Assembly (NCBI GenBank): GCA_031835245.2
Contig: JAVKOQ020000015.1
Span: 1-64,000, forward strand
DNA from: Balamuthia mandrillaris
Taxonomy: Eukaryota
Direction: 5' to 3'
Length of the DNA: 64,000 bases
Position numbers and translations under genes: made by a program
In this document: piece after piece, positions 25,760-38,100 of the stretch
How the letters are laid out: each line of letters begins with the position of its first letter
Position numbering within the stretch: position 1 is the stretch's first letter
The notes under the pieces: generated by a model
Database searches by the model: none
Told to the model about the DNA's origin: nothing
The model's input: only the letters and a program-made list of their open reading frames with translations

Positions 25760-27950
25760 ATGTCCCTTGGTCTGTTGCTTCGTTCAAACGGGGAAGGCCT
25801 TTATCCGTACCCCTCGGTCAATCCAGCGAGCGTTGGAGCCCCACGGAGCGTTATTGGGGCAACAGCTGACACCACCGCGCCTTCTCCTTCTCTACGAAGA
25901 TCCTCTCGGAACAGAGCACCCGCCATGAGCAACAGAGGCGTCGCTCCAGCTGCGACCGAGGGCAGCCCTTCCCCTTCTTATGGCAAGCCCTTTTCGGAGG
26001 AGCACGAGCTGGAAGAGGAGAGCCTGCTCTTTGAGAACTGGCGAAGAGGGGCGGAGCCCCTTTGGAAGACCTTGCGCTTGGAGCACCTCAGAAAACAGCG
26101 CTCTGGGCAGCATCAACAGACCCTAAAGTCACACAAAGAGGAAAGGCAGCAACAGATTTTGCAACGCATAGTGGCTACCAGGAAGAACCAAGGCCTTCCA
26201 CCGTTCTTCGCTGTTATTTCTGGACCCACCGTCCGGCCTTATCGCATGGAAGAGCTGAGTTTAATCGTTGGCCGCAACACTCCCTCCAATCGGGTACCGA
26301 AGAGACCCTTCCCATTCATTGCTTTTTTTTTCCTCTATGATTCTCCTCTTCTGCTCGTTCTCGTTGTAGTTCTCTCGTTCTTCTTTTGGTTGTTCTTTTT
26401 TTAAAAAAAAAAACAAATCTACACCTTGCAGGCAGCCCAAGTGAACTTAGGGACAAACAACGGACGGGTGTCAAGGGAGCACGTTCGTTTGTTTTATCAC
26501 AAGGGACAAGGCTGTTACTGCGCCATGAACCTCTCCAAGAACGGTTTCTTATTGAAGCACGGCCAGAGGTGGAGCAAGGTCTCCGCTGTGGGTGTGGCCA
26601 TGCCTTTGAGCAACCCTGCTGTACTAGACATCGAGGGCACCCTCCTCTACATTCAAGTCTTTTTCGTTGTCAGCAACAGCAACAGCAGCAGCAGCAGCAG
26701 CAGTTCTTCTGCCTCTCTCCTTGAAGCCAAGAGCAGTGGAGGTGGCGGTGGCAAAGCTACCTCATCTTCCAACAAAACCAAACGCTATCGCCTGCATCCT
26801 AGCCATGGAGCTCACCATCAGTTCTTCACCAACGAGTACTTTGATGCTGATATCAACGGTGGCCACAGGGAAGACATAGAAAGCGTTGCCTTCCCGCAGC
26901 CCATCGATTTGTCGGCTCAGCTCTCCTATCGCGACCACAGGCAACGCCCCTCCAAGAAAAAGCAAAAGAAGAAAAAAGAGGGAACAAAAAGCAAGATTTC
27001 CTCCTTATCATCTTCTTCTTCTACCGAGGACGGGGAGCCAGTGGGTGAAGAAGATGAGAAAGAAGAGGAGAATATTTGGGGCTCGATTACAAAGTCAAAA
27101 CAGACGATTCACCAGAGCAAGAAGAGCAAAAAAGCACGCAAGTCGTTCGAGCCTAGTCATGAAGGCCATGATGTGGAAGCATCTCCGCCACGGAAGAAAG
27201 CGGCCACTGGCATCACCTTTTCACAGATGATTCAAACGGCCTTGCAAGAAATGGGTGGATCTGCCACTCAACCGGTTATTACCAAATACATTGAACAAGG
27301 TTCTTGCTCTATCTCATTTTGTTTCTTATTTTCTTCTTCTCGTGTTCAGTTTCCTTTTCATTGTTGTGGCTGCCCTCTTACACAATATTGTTTGTGTTGT
27401 TTTTCCAAAAAAAAAATGTACATATTTTGCAGAATATTCGGAGGAGATAGCAGGCAAGCGAACGTGGAAAAACTCTGTAAGTGGAGTTCTCTCTTCCTCA
27501 AAGCTTTTCATTCAAGAGCCGTTGATTGGACAGAGTGGCAAAAAAGAGCGCCAGTCTCTGTGGAGACTGCGCGACTATGCTGCCAAGTCCACCGCTGAAG
27601 ATTCTGGTTCGTTGGCACCACCTAAAGCAGATGGAGAGGAAGAACACAAGGAAAAAGAGGAAGAAGGAGAAGTAGAAGAAGCGGAAGATGGTGGAGCACC
27701 AAACGAAGAGATGAGTATCGTTGGTGCAAAACGAAAGAGAGAGGAATTAGCAAAAGAGGAGGAGAGTGATGGAGACGGTGACGCAAACAAGACAAACAAC
27801 GAACAAACAGACGATGAAGCAGATGGCACCACCGCTAGTGAAGAGGAAGATGAAGAAAGGGCGGCAAAAAGGGCGCTTGGAGCAGCAGAGAGTGCAAGTA
27901 ATACTGTCACAGATACCACCACCACCACCAACGAGCCGCCAAGGACCTAA
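25760..27950 (+). CDS. FHA domain plus forkhead (winged-helix) transcription factor, Fkh/FOXK/Fhl1-like architecture
   Basis: FHA: IVGR...VSREH...NLSKNG. Forkhead: TFSQMIQTAL...TWKNSVSGVLS...F...SLWRL. Two introns (~26295-26430 and ~27300-27432). Confidence 0.8.
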
Positions 27951-28116
27951 CCACTTCCCTATTAACTGCAAACATTAACAGACCACGCTCACAAGCTAGA
28001 GCGGGAGTAGAAAGGCACATCACTGCATCGTCTATATTTTGCAAAGTGAACAAAAAAAACAAGACATTTGCGGAAACTTTTGTAGAAGAGTCCAAAAGGA
28101 ACAAGGAACAGCCACT

Positions 28117-28843
28117 TCACTGCTGGTTCGTCTCATCTGTGCTCCTGCCTCCTCGAAGAATATAAACGTCGGCTGTTTGTGTTAACAAAAACAGAGTGAG
28201 AAGGAGAGGGATCAGCCCAGCTCAGAGGGATTGTTTGAAAATACTCACATGGATTAATGCGTGAGGCAATGAATTGTTGCTCCCCCACTTTTCGGGGGTA
28301 GCTTTGTAGCTCTCCCCGCACATAGATCAAAGCCCTTTTTCCAATGAAATGAAAAGAGAAACATGGGCCAAAGTTAAACTGAGTTTGAGAGGGACAGTTA
28401 GACAATAAGATCTAAGGACAAGAAAATACCCAGGGCGCAAAGTCAAGCGCTTTAGATTTGAGAGAACACCCGGATGCGTAACCTGGATCTTGTGACTGTG
28501 AGCAGAAAAAAAAACGGTTGTAAGGAAAAAAAAACAATGCGCGGATTCGAAGGTGTAGCAAGGAGGGAAACCTGTCTGTGCGGTCACGTTTCTCGCCACT
28601 TGCAAGAGAAAACCTCTTATGAGTGTAAAGTGTAAAGCTCATCCCCTCTTTACCAGTCTGAGAAGTAAAGGTTGTGGGCTCCTTCGAAAGCCGTCCAACC
28701 AAGGTCACGCTATTGATCGGGGGTGTCCAGCCATAGGAAGAACGGTTGGTGGGCACTTGTCCAGAAACGGGCGCAGCTTGGCCCTCAGCACATCGCAAGA
28801 CAAGCGATCGGGGAGCAGATAGAGAGGTCACTCGGCGCCACAT
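28117..28843 (-). CDS. Mitochondrial-type single-stranded DNA-binding protein (SSB)
   Basis: Arg/Ser-rich presequence-like start MWRRVTSLSAPRS; INSVTLVGRLSKEP; ALIYVRGEL. Multi-exon. Confidence 0.8.
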
Positions 28844-29314
28844 CGAAAATCGAAAATCGAAAATCGCTACCAACAAAAAAAAAAAAAAAAAGGCTTTGTC
28901 TTCCGACCTTGCACAAGTCGTGCACTGCCTCGAATTTTACGCCCAAAATTAGACAGGCTGACGTAACTAAAAATTCTAGGTATTGATCTGAAGATGATCT
29001 TTCAAAATTTTCCTAGTAAATTTTGTCCCTTTGGAAAAAACCAGGAAAAAAAAAACAAAATGAGTTCTCATTGGTGGAAATCGAACCAACCAGAGGGCTC
29101 AACACCGAACAACCCCCTTAAATAATGCTAACAAATAAACGAGGGGAGGGACACTGAAAAGTTTAACGGCTTTAAACGAACACTATTTTTTTTTCGTCCT
29201 CGCAACAGCACTACTCTCTCTGCACCCCTCGTCTTGGGTTTTTTCTGTTACCACGCAAGTAAACTCCACTCACTCGGGGCCGCGTACCAACATCAACAAC
29301 AATAAAAAAAAAAG

Positions 29315-30529
29315 ATGCCCAAGAAAAGGGAAGAGAGCAAGGAGAAGGTGGAACCGACAAGGGAGCTGCCGAAACGCAAAGCCCGAGAGACAAAATTGGA
29401 CTATGATGAGATGTACCGACCCTTCACCGACAGGCTGAAAGCTTCCAAGAAGATCCGAAAGAGAAAGGTGGGCACCAAGACCAAGAAAAAGATCGCCAAA
29501 CCTACGCCCACGCGCAAAAGCCGTCCTACTTACGAGGTCATGGTCGCCCGCACCCTTCAAGAATTGGCTCAACGCAACGGCTCCTCCTTGGTTGCCCTGC
29601 AGAACGCGTTGGAGGAGACCTATCCCCTCCCTGACAACTACAAGATCTACTTGAAGCAGGCCCTCAAACGAGGGCAGGATGAAGGTTTTTTCGAGAGGAT
29701 CCGCGCCTCTTACAAGCTTACCTCGCGAGGAAGATCCCTCGCCCGCAAAGGAAAGAAGAAGAGGACCACCAGATCTAAGTCCCCTTCCAAGAAGAAGAAG
29801 AAGACCTCTTCCTCTTCCTCCTCCTCCTCCTCCTCTTCCTCTTCCTCCTCCAAGTCCAAGAAGAAGAGCGAGAAGGAGAAGGGCAAGAAGAAGAAGAGCA
29901 GGAGCAAGTCCCCCTCCAAGAAAACCAGCAAACCCTCCAAAAAGATCGAGAAGCCCAAAGCCTCCAACAGTAAATCCAGTTCTTCTACTAAAAGCTCTTC
30001 TCGAAGCAGATCTTCCGGAAGCAGCTCTTCTTCTACTTCTTCGTCCAGCAGTAGTAGTACTAGCTCTTCTGCTGCTCCTAGAACTACTCCCGTAAGTCCT
30101 CTTTTTCCTTTGTTTGAAACTCTTTCAACTCAGTTTCTTCACTCTTCTCTCTCTCTCTCTCTCCCCTCTCCCTCTTCTCTCTCTTCTCTCTCTTCTCACT
30201 CTTCTCTCTCTTCTCTTTCTCTCTCTCTCTCTCTCTCCCCCTCTCGCCGGACACACACGATTGATTGAACTTGCGTCGTTATTTTACAGGCGGGTTACAG
30301 TTTCAAGTGGCAATATCAAGAAGGCACCGTCTACAAGGACTATGAAATTAACGCTTCGGACGTGGTGGAGGGAGCCTACCAGCACTACCTGAAGAATCCC
30401 GGCATGTGCGATGTACGTTCCGTACACAGCGGTCAGTGGCACTACCAAGTTGACTTCCTCAACTTGAAACAAACGAACATCCAACATGAAAATCATACCG
30501 TCCGTTCCATTCGTCGTGTTCCCTTCTAA
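29315..30529 (+). CDS. Linker histone H1-like protein (H15 domain, K/S-rich tail) fused to a C-terminal WWE domain
   Basis: H15: PTYEVMV...RNGSSLVAL...LKQALKR...SYKL. After the intron at 30092-30289: FKWQYQEG...YKDY...VVEGAY...YQVDFLNLKQTN...RSIRR. Confidence 0.82.
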
Positions 30530-30720
30530 AAGCTTGAACTTTGTTCTATATTTCTTTCAAACGAAATCTTGTTTGTATAATTTTTTTGTTGTGTGCGTTC
30601 ACTTTCTTTCTTCCCCCTCCTTGTTTTACTCTTCGTGGTTACCCCTTCACGTAAGAGGCGAAACAACAAAGTACACAACCAAAGTCTTTTATTCATTTTG
30701 AAGGGAAAAAGAAAAGAGTA

Positions 30721-33281
30721 TTAGCAGGGTTGCTCTTCCCACAACTGTATTCGACCTTCGTCATCGTAGACGGCAACGGCTTTCTTGGACCACATCCGTG
30801 ATACACTGATGGAACACGTGATTGGAATGGTGGTAACTACCTCCTGCATGGACTCACAAACTATCCGTTCGATGAGCTTGGTTTCATTGACCCAGTCCGC
30901 TGTTTCGCTCACTTCTAGCAGAATCTCGTCATGTATAAAGCCCACCATACGAAAACCGACTTGTAGTAAGTTCCACATCGCTAGTTTTGCCCCATCCGCA
31001 GCCAAACCTTTGTTCAAAACAGTAGTTAAGAAGAGAAAGAAGAAGAAGAAGGAGAAGGAGAAGAAGAAGAAGAAGAAGAAGAAGAAGAAGAAGAAGAAGA
31101 AGAAGAAGAAGAAGAAGAAGAAGAAGGAGAAGAAGAACAAGAAGAAGGAGAAGAAGAAGGAGAAGGAGAAGAAGAACAAGAAGAACAAGGAGAAGAAGAA
31201 GAACAAGAATGCGCAGCGAGGAATAGGGAGAAGGAAGTAAAAGGAAGTGTTCTGATGTTGTTTACAAACCAGAGAATGGCGTGTTGCAAGCCTGCGTGAA
31301 GCTGACTTGTCCTCGTATGCGCCCAGTAAGAGTGACCACATCCCGTCCAAAAAGAGTCCGTGCCAGCCTTTCATTGCCACAATAATCGCTCTCCATCAGG
31401 ACAGATAAGGTCTGAGGGCGTTGACATAAATGTATCAAAGAATTCCATACTTTCTGCTCCCAGAAAGATAGCTCCTCTTCCTCTTCGTCCTTGGCCCGTT
31501 TCTTTCTCCTATGCTTCCCGTTCACTACATTTCTTACAGCCACTAAGCGAGCACGATAGTGATGAGTAACCGAAAGAAATGGTAAGGTTCAAAGTGGTAA
31601 TGAAGCGGGAGAATAGATTACCAAGGAGGCTTGGGGTACGGTCAAGACCAAACACTTGGGATATGTCTTCGGGTGAACAACCAAGAGCATTAGCTAATGT
31701 TTCGAGTTCACAATCTTCCAGATAATAAGAGAGTTCCGGATAAACTTCTTGAATGAGTCTTCTTCTAAAGTGTGACGCTTCTGCATTGGAAGGTCAGAAA
31801 CAAAAAAAAAAAAAAAAAAAAAAAACTCACAGAAAGAACAGAACAACTTACCGCGTATATTGAGAGTAACACCATAAGCATTCTTTGCATATTCTTTCAA
31901 TCCACGTGAACTAAGCCCACCAGGAATACCAAAATTGATGGCTTTGGCGCGTTGTCGAAGGTTTGTGTGCTTCTCTTTCAGGCTAGCAGATGCAGTTTCT
32001 TCTTTCCATGACATAAACTCTTCTAATGACACACCCTCAAACATTGCTGCAGTGAAGCAATGTGGGTCCACACCTGAACGAATGACATCTGCGAGCACCG
32101 AGAAGCCGAACCGTGCCTCGCAAACAGCCGCCAAAGTGCAAAGCTCGATGTAGGAATAGTCAACAGCAACCATCACATGTCCTGGTGACGCCTTGTGAAA
32201 TCCAAAAACAAAAATAAAAAAGGAAGAACGTTCAAGAAAAGAAGAGCAAAGAAAAGTAGAATAAGCACAATCAGCATGTTTACGATAAAAGAAGCAATTC
32301 TGTAGGTGCAAAAAAGCGAACCTTGAAGAGTTCTCGGAATCCACCGGCTCGTGGAGTTTGTTGGATAGGAGGTTGGCAGGCTGTAGCTCGTCCATTGCGT
32401 ACCATCACTGTATATCTTGGATGCACTGTGTCGGCCTATGAAGCATCAATCCAACACAGAGAAAAAGTTCAATGTTAAACAGAAGAGAATAAAAAGGATG
32501 AGAGAGAGATAAAATATACATTGATGTGATCCATGAAAGACGAATGATGGGCAGCTTGTTCCATCTCTACCCAAAGCTTCACGAAAGGATGCAACTCTGA
32601 AATTTTGGCCCATGGTTTTATAGAAGTGGTAACGCGCTTGGTCTTTGCCGTCTTTGGAAGAGCGACAGGGATGGAGTGCTCCTGCTGCACTTCCTTCTGA
32701 GCTTTCATTAGAAGTTCTTGCAAACGATCCTTGATAACGCTGGGCTTGGTCGTGGGAAACCGCGATGGAGAGAGCGCTTCCATCAACATAGAAGCCGTTG
32801 ATGCGACTTGGTCTTCCTCGTCGTCGTCTTCAGACTTGGTATCGTTGACACATTGTTCTTGTTCATTGCTTTCTTCTTCACTTTCCTCCCCATTTTCTGA
32901 ACGTTCAAACGCTCTATCATCTTCATCGCTCTCATCACCAGAGCTAACTTGTTTCTTTTTGCCTAGTTGTGATTTTTTCGTGTTGTTGCTGTTCTTCTTG
33001 TTTGCACCAGTGGCAGATTGCTGGCTATGAAAGAGCACACTGAATTCAGGGTGTTCCAATAACTTACTGCTCGCATTTTGCAAACGGGCTTGCAGTGAAC
33101 GTCGCATCTTTATGATTCCTGCTACATCCATTGCCATCCCATTCATTCTCACTTCAGCTAAAACAATACTGGCTTTTACTTGAATAACTTCGCTCAATGG
33201 ACCATAAACCTTTAGTGTACCGGTGGTATCAAAGTTAAATATGAATCATAACGAGAAGAAGCAAAGAAGAAGAAGAAGAAG

Positions 33282-33313
<32 letters not shown>

Positions 33314-34007
33314 GGGAAGAAAACGTAAGTACTTGAGCAGCATTGGTGAACATCTCATTTTGGTGAAGTTCCATATGCTTCATCGCGCGCTGATACATGA
33401 CCGAGTAAACCAATCGCACACAAAAGACCTCGCACAGTCCTAGAAAATAGGCACCACCTTCAACATTCTCTCTTCCTTCCTTCCTTGCAAAATTACTGTT
33501 ATTTTAAATCGTAAAGACGGGTCAATAGGAGAACACTTCCAGAAGGAAAGTAGAAGAGGTCGAAAATAAAAATAAGTAAAAGAAGAGGCATTGAACGGAC
33601 ACGTTGTCGGGAATAGGGGTCATGGAGTGAATGTTGGGATGATGCCGATATCTGCCAGTTTCTTCAAAAGCAGACATGAACGGCTCAACACAATCCTTTT
33701 GGATGTCATGTGACAATCGGTACTCAGCTAGCCGATCTTCCAAGATCTCTTCCAGTTCTCTTTCTTGGTGTTGATCCTTCTCTGCCAAGCTACATGAAAT
33801 AATTCGTTGGCTACTTCATTTTGTTGCTCTGCACAACACAGAGAGAGAGAGAGAGAGAGAGAGTTTTACCGCAGTAAACAATCCAACAAAACAATATCTC
33901 TAAGGCGGCCTTGGTTGGCTATTTCCCACCAACTTTCCACAGCCTCTGATTGGCCTAGCATGGGAAATGTAAACGCCAAAGAGCACAGAAGATAAAAAGA
34001 TGTATAG

Positions 34008-34052
<45 letters not shown>

Positions 34053-34611
34053 TTAGCTAAGGAAATAAAAGCAGAGAAGATCAACAGCAGTGAAGGAAGC
34101 GTTTAACCTTGGCACTCCAAGATACGTTTAATAAGATGAAAGTCTACAAAGGCATTGTGGCAGACAAAACAGTAGCCCGCTTGGTGGAGTTGAATAAAGC
34201 GAGCGACGTCTTCCCTACCAACTACGTAGTGCTCCTCCCCTACATTTCAATGCATATTTAAAGTAAATCATTATTGTTACATGAGAGAGAGAGAGAGAGA
34301 GACGAGAGAGGGAGAGTAAAAAGACCAGAGCTGACGGCGATGAACCACACGCTACTGTGGGCACGAGCAAAGCGGCTCTCATCCAGAAAAATATCGAGTT
34401 CAAAAGCCTGTTGGTTCTCCTGCCAGAGGCCTTCCTCCACTTTCTGCCTGTTGGCCGCGGTGTCCCCGTCGCTGAACTCGCTGAGAAGAAAGACCTTCAG
34501 CGCCACATACTTGTGATCCGTCGTGCCTGTTGCTTCTGGCGTGTCGGTGCCTCCGAGCCTTTGCCCTTGCCACTTGCTTCCCGCTTTCATTTGCATCCCG
34601 TTAGTGCCCAT
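30721..34611 (-). CDS. Family A DNA polymerase, probably organellar
   Basis: Motif A AVDYSYIELCTLA, motif B RQRAKAINFGIPGG, motif C FIHDEILLE, plus EVRMNGMAMD and an exonuclease-like VCHNAFVD segment. Many introns; the start is approximate. Confidence 0.88.
31030..31210 (+). repeat. (AAG)n-rich intronic microsatellite
   Basis: Read directly; lies within a PolA intron. Confidence 0.9.
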
Positions 34612-35152
34612 TCCCGCTGGCTCAGTCACTCGAACGGAATGAAACTTTCTTTTTGTTTCTAAATTTTTCCAGGAAAAATGTCGACACAAAATAATTTCGT
34701 GACCCTTCATTAAGCGAATCATTTTCGAAATTGTTCTAAGAAAGATTTCGTTTGCTCCGTCACGAGACAAAAAATTTCTTTCTTTTTTGCTCTCGTGAAC
34801 CACCAACAAGACAAAAGGGCAAAACCAACACGGGCCGCACGCGACAGTTCCCTAGAGGGTCTTCTCCTTCCACCTTGCACACGCCTTGTTCGAAACCAGC
34901 TACAAGAAAAGGGTAAGCTTTACAAAGTTTTTGTGTTTTAAAAAAATCATGTTTGATTCACCCTTATTATAATTAAAAAAAAACGTAGCAGGAGAAGAGA
35001 TAACCTGCTGTAATCCCAGTAAACCAAGAAAAGAAGGTTTGTTTAGTTCAAAGAACTACGGTAAACGCCTTTTGTGATGGCTAACAAACCTTGTGTGTTT
35101 TGTTTGTTTGTATTTTTCCCCTCCCAATCTTTGCAGTAGTGCACAAACAGAA

Positions 35153-35476
35153 ATGGCGAGAACAAAACAAACGGCCCGCAAGTCCATCATTTCTCCTCAG
35201 AAACCTGCGGTGGAAGAGCCTGCTGCGCCCATGACGTACGTTATTTCTTTTTTTCTCGAGCACCGGGAAGGTTTGGGCTCTAACCTTGTAAAAACAGCGC
35301 CGAGCAACAGGCACTCATAGAGGCTGAAAACGAGGCAAGGAACAAGTTTGCAGAGAACCCCAACTCTTATGACCTGCGTGACCCTCACTTGCTTCTCTTT
35401 GATGTCTTTGATGGCTCTCATGACTGGTCCTTTACGGAGCAGACCAGTGAGGAGGTACGTCTGATCTCTATTTGTT

Positions 35477-35515
<39 letters not shown>

Positions 35516-35830
35516 AACAAGGCGCTCTTTGCCAACAACCAACAGAAAGCTGTCCCCAAGATCTTGACCCAGTGGCAGGATACTTCTTTGAGTGGCAGCA
35601 CGATAGTGCCCAACTTTCAAACCTTTGAGAGCAACTGGGAATCCTTCACCAATGGTATGTTCAAGGGCTTGGACTGGAACAACGTCTTTGTAGCTGGAGG
35701 TGCCGTCTTGGCCAACCTCATCAACCCAGATCATACTGGTACCCTCGGATATCAGTCCTCTGATATTGATATCTTTCTTTATGGCATTGATGACCAGTAT
35801 CGAGCAAATCAAAAGGTCCTCCCTCCCTTT

Positions 35831-35866
<36 letters not shown>

Positions 35867-37071
35867 TCTTTGAAAAAATTAACCGTGCGTGCTAACATAT
35901 CTGTTTACAGTTGAAAGAAATCTACGAAGTGGTGCGAAGAAACACAGGAGTACAAGAAGAGAACATCATTAAGACGTTGCGTACGGTGACCATCATCAAT
36001 TCCTACCCTAACAGGCACATCCAAATCATTTTGCGACTTTACAAAAGCCCAGCTGAAGTGTTGTTAGGCTTTGATATTGATTGTTGCACTTTTGGTTTTG
36101 ATGGCAAGAACGTGTGGGCTATGGAAAGGGGTTATCGTGCCTTGACCAAACGCTACAATCTGGTCAATCCGACTCGTCGCAGCAGCACCTACGAAAGCCG
36201 CCTCCTCAAGTACGCTAAAAGGGGTTTTATCGTGGCTGTACCAAACTTGGATAAAGCTCGTGTGGATAAAGATAACTTATTCCAGAAAAATGCGTGGGAG
36301 GCTAGTGGTTTGGGAAAACTTCTTATCTACGATCATCAATCCTCCAATCCTTTTGCTTTCGGCGGGTAACAACTAATATCTCTTAGAATTCTTTCTTGTT
36401 CTGTATTATTTTATTCTGCTGCTGACACGTTTTTATTTTCCTTCTTTTTTTGTTTTTTCACAAAAAAAAAAAAAAAAGCTTCCGAAGAAGAGGGAGAAAA
36501 GCTAAAGAAGATGAAGAGGCATCAGATTATAATCCCGAGGTAAGCATACCTTGGGGCCCTGGTTGGTTCGTTAACAAGATCATGGCCAAGTTGAAAGCTC
36601 AACAACGAGCCCATTACTTTGCCAATCTTTTCCGTGCCAAGAAGTACGGACTTTCCACCTCTGACGTGCAAGAGAATGATTCTACTCGCCTCTTCATTGG
36701 TGACGTTTCTGCTGTGTTGGACAAAGTCGATTGGGTCACCCAGTCGCCTGCCTACCAGGACATTGACCAAGACTTCAGAAGGAAGAAACTGTTGACAGGT
36801 TACTTTCTTCGAATGCTGATCGAATTTTTCGGAAAACTAACCATTTTTTTTACTTTTTCTGCCTTCTGTAATTCACACTCTTAGGCAGTTTTACTCCTTC
36901 GCTGAGCTTGCCTTGGGAGGATGGTGTTTACATTGGAGCACCCTCTACATCGCTTTCCGCAGTATCTTCCTTTTCTTCTCCTGTCAAGTCCTCTGAGGCT
37001 TCAACATCTTACCGCTTCCCAGTTTCTCCCAAGCCTGTATCTGCTGCACCTGTAAGTTGCTTCTCTTGTTT

Positions 37072-37111
<40 letters not shown>

Positions 37112-37952
37112 ACGAATGTGCCTAATTTTATTTTTTAAAAATTATTATTCATTGAACTAGTCCACTCCGCCAAGTCAGTTTATCTCCAGGAATCAGCAAT
37201 TCAAGCAAGCAAGAGAAACCGGCAATCTAAACTTGTTGACTCCACCCCAGTCTCCAGCAGCACCAAAGACTTCCTCCTTTACCATCGCTTCCGCCGCCTC
37301 TCCATCCCGCGTAACCACAGAGGACTTTTTCGTGCCGTTGTCTTCTTCGGCAGTGGATGCCTCTCCCACTTACTCCACTGCGGCAGCTTCGTATGCGCTT
37401 GATGTGTCGGCCTTCCAGCCAAAACCGGCCTCCGCCATAACGAGCTTTGTTGGCGACTCGTCATCGTCATCTTCTAACATAGATCTTTCTGCGTTTGGAC
37501 CTACTGTATCCTCTGCTCCCTCGTTCTACTCCATTCCAACTGCTAGTAGTGCTGCTTTAACGACGCCTTCTTCTCCTTCTGCTTTTGGTGTTACTTCTGC
37601 TTCTACTTCTTCTTCCACGACCACTGGGCTTGGCTTCAATTATGCTCAACCAGCTCCTTATAATTCTTCTTCTTTCTCCTCTTCTTCTGCGAGCGCGAAT
37701 CTCTTTGGACAGGCGGCAGCAGCACTTGCCGCTGGACACAGAACCGGCGAAGATCTCAAAGGTCCCACAAAGATCCTTTTGTTGCTGTCACGGGCTTACA
37801 AAGAGGGCTGCATCAATGAGGTAGAGAGGCGCAACCTTAAGGACCTCTTCATTCGCGAGAACGAGGTGCTCACCGCCGCTGCTGAAGTCTACGAGATTGA
37901 TGGCGACTGGGATGAGCTTGTGGACACCTTCCAAAGGATCGCTCAACTGTGA
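35153..37952 (+). CDS. Nucleotidyltransferase-like protein with an N-terminal histone H3 tail mimic
   Basis: Begins MARTKQTARKS. NTase-fold motifs FVAGGAV...SDIDIF, QIILRLY, GFDIDCC, RLLKYAKRGF, then an S/A-rich linker and a small helical C-terminal domain. Confidence 0.75.
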
Positions 37953-38100
37953 TAACACTCTTTTGCGCAAGGAGTGTTTTCTGGCAGAGATTGCCTTCCC
38001 CTTGGTGCTTTACTTGCCTCTGTCCAGAGACCCACTCCTTAAGTATAATTTTTCTTATTTTAAATAACGATTGTTTTTATGCACATTCTTGCCTCCTCTT

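Noticed and set aside
35153..35240. Histone H3 gene
   Set aside because: Identity stops after MARTKQTARKS and no histone fold follows.
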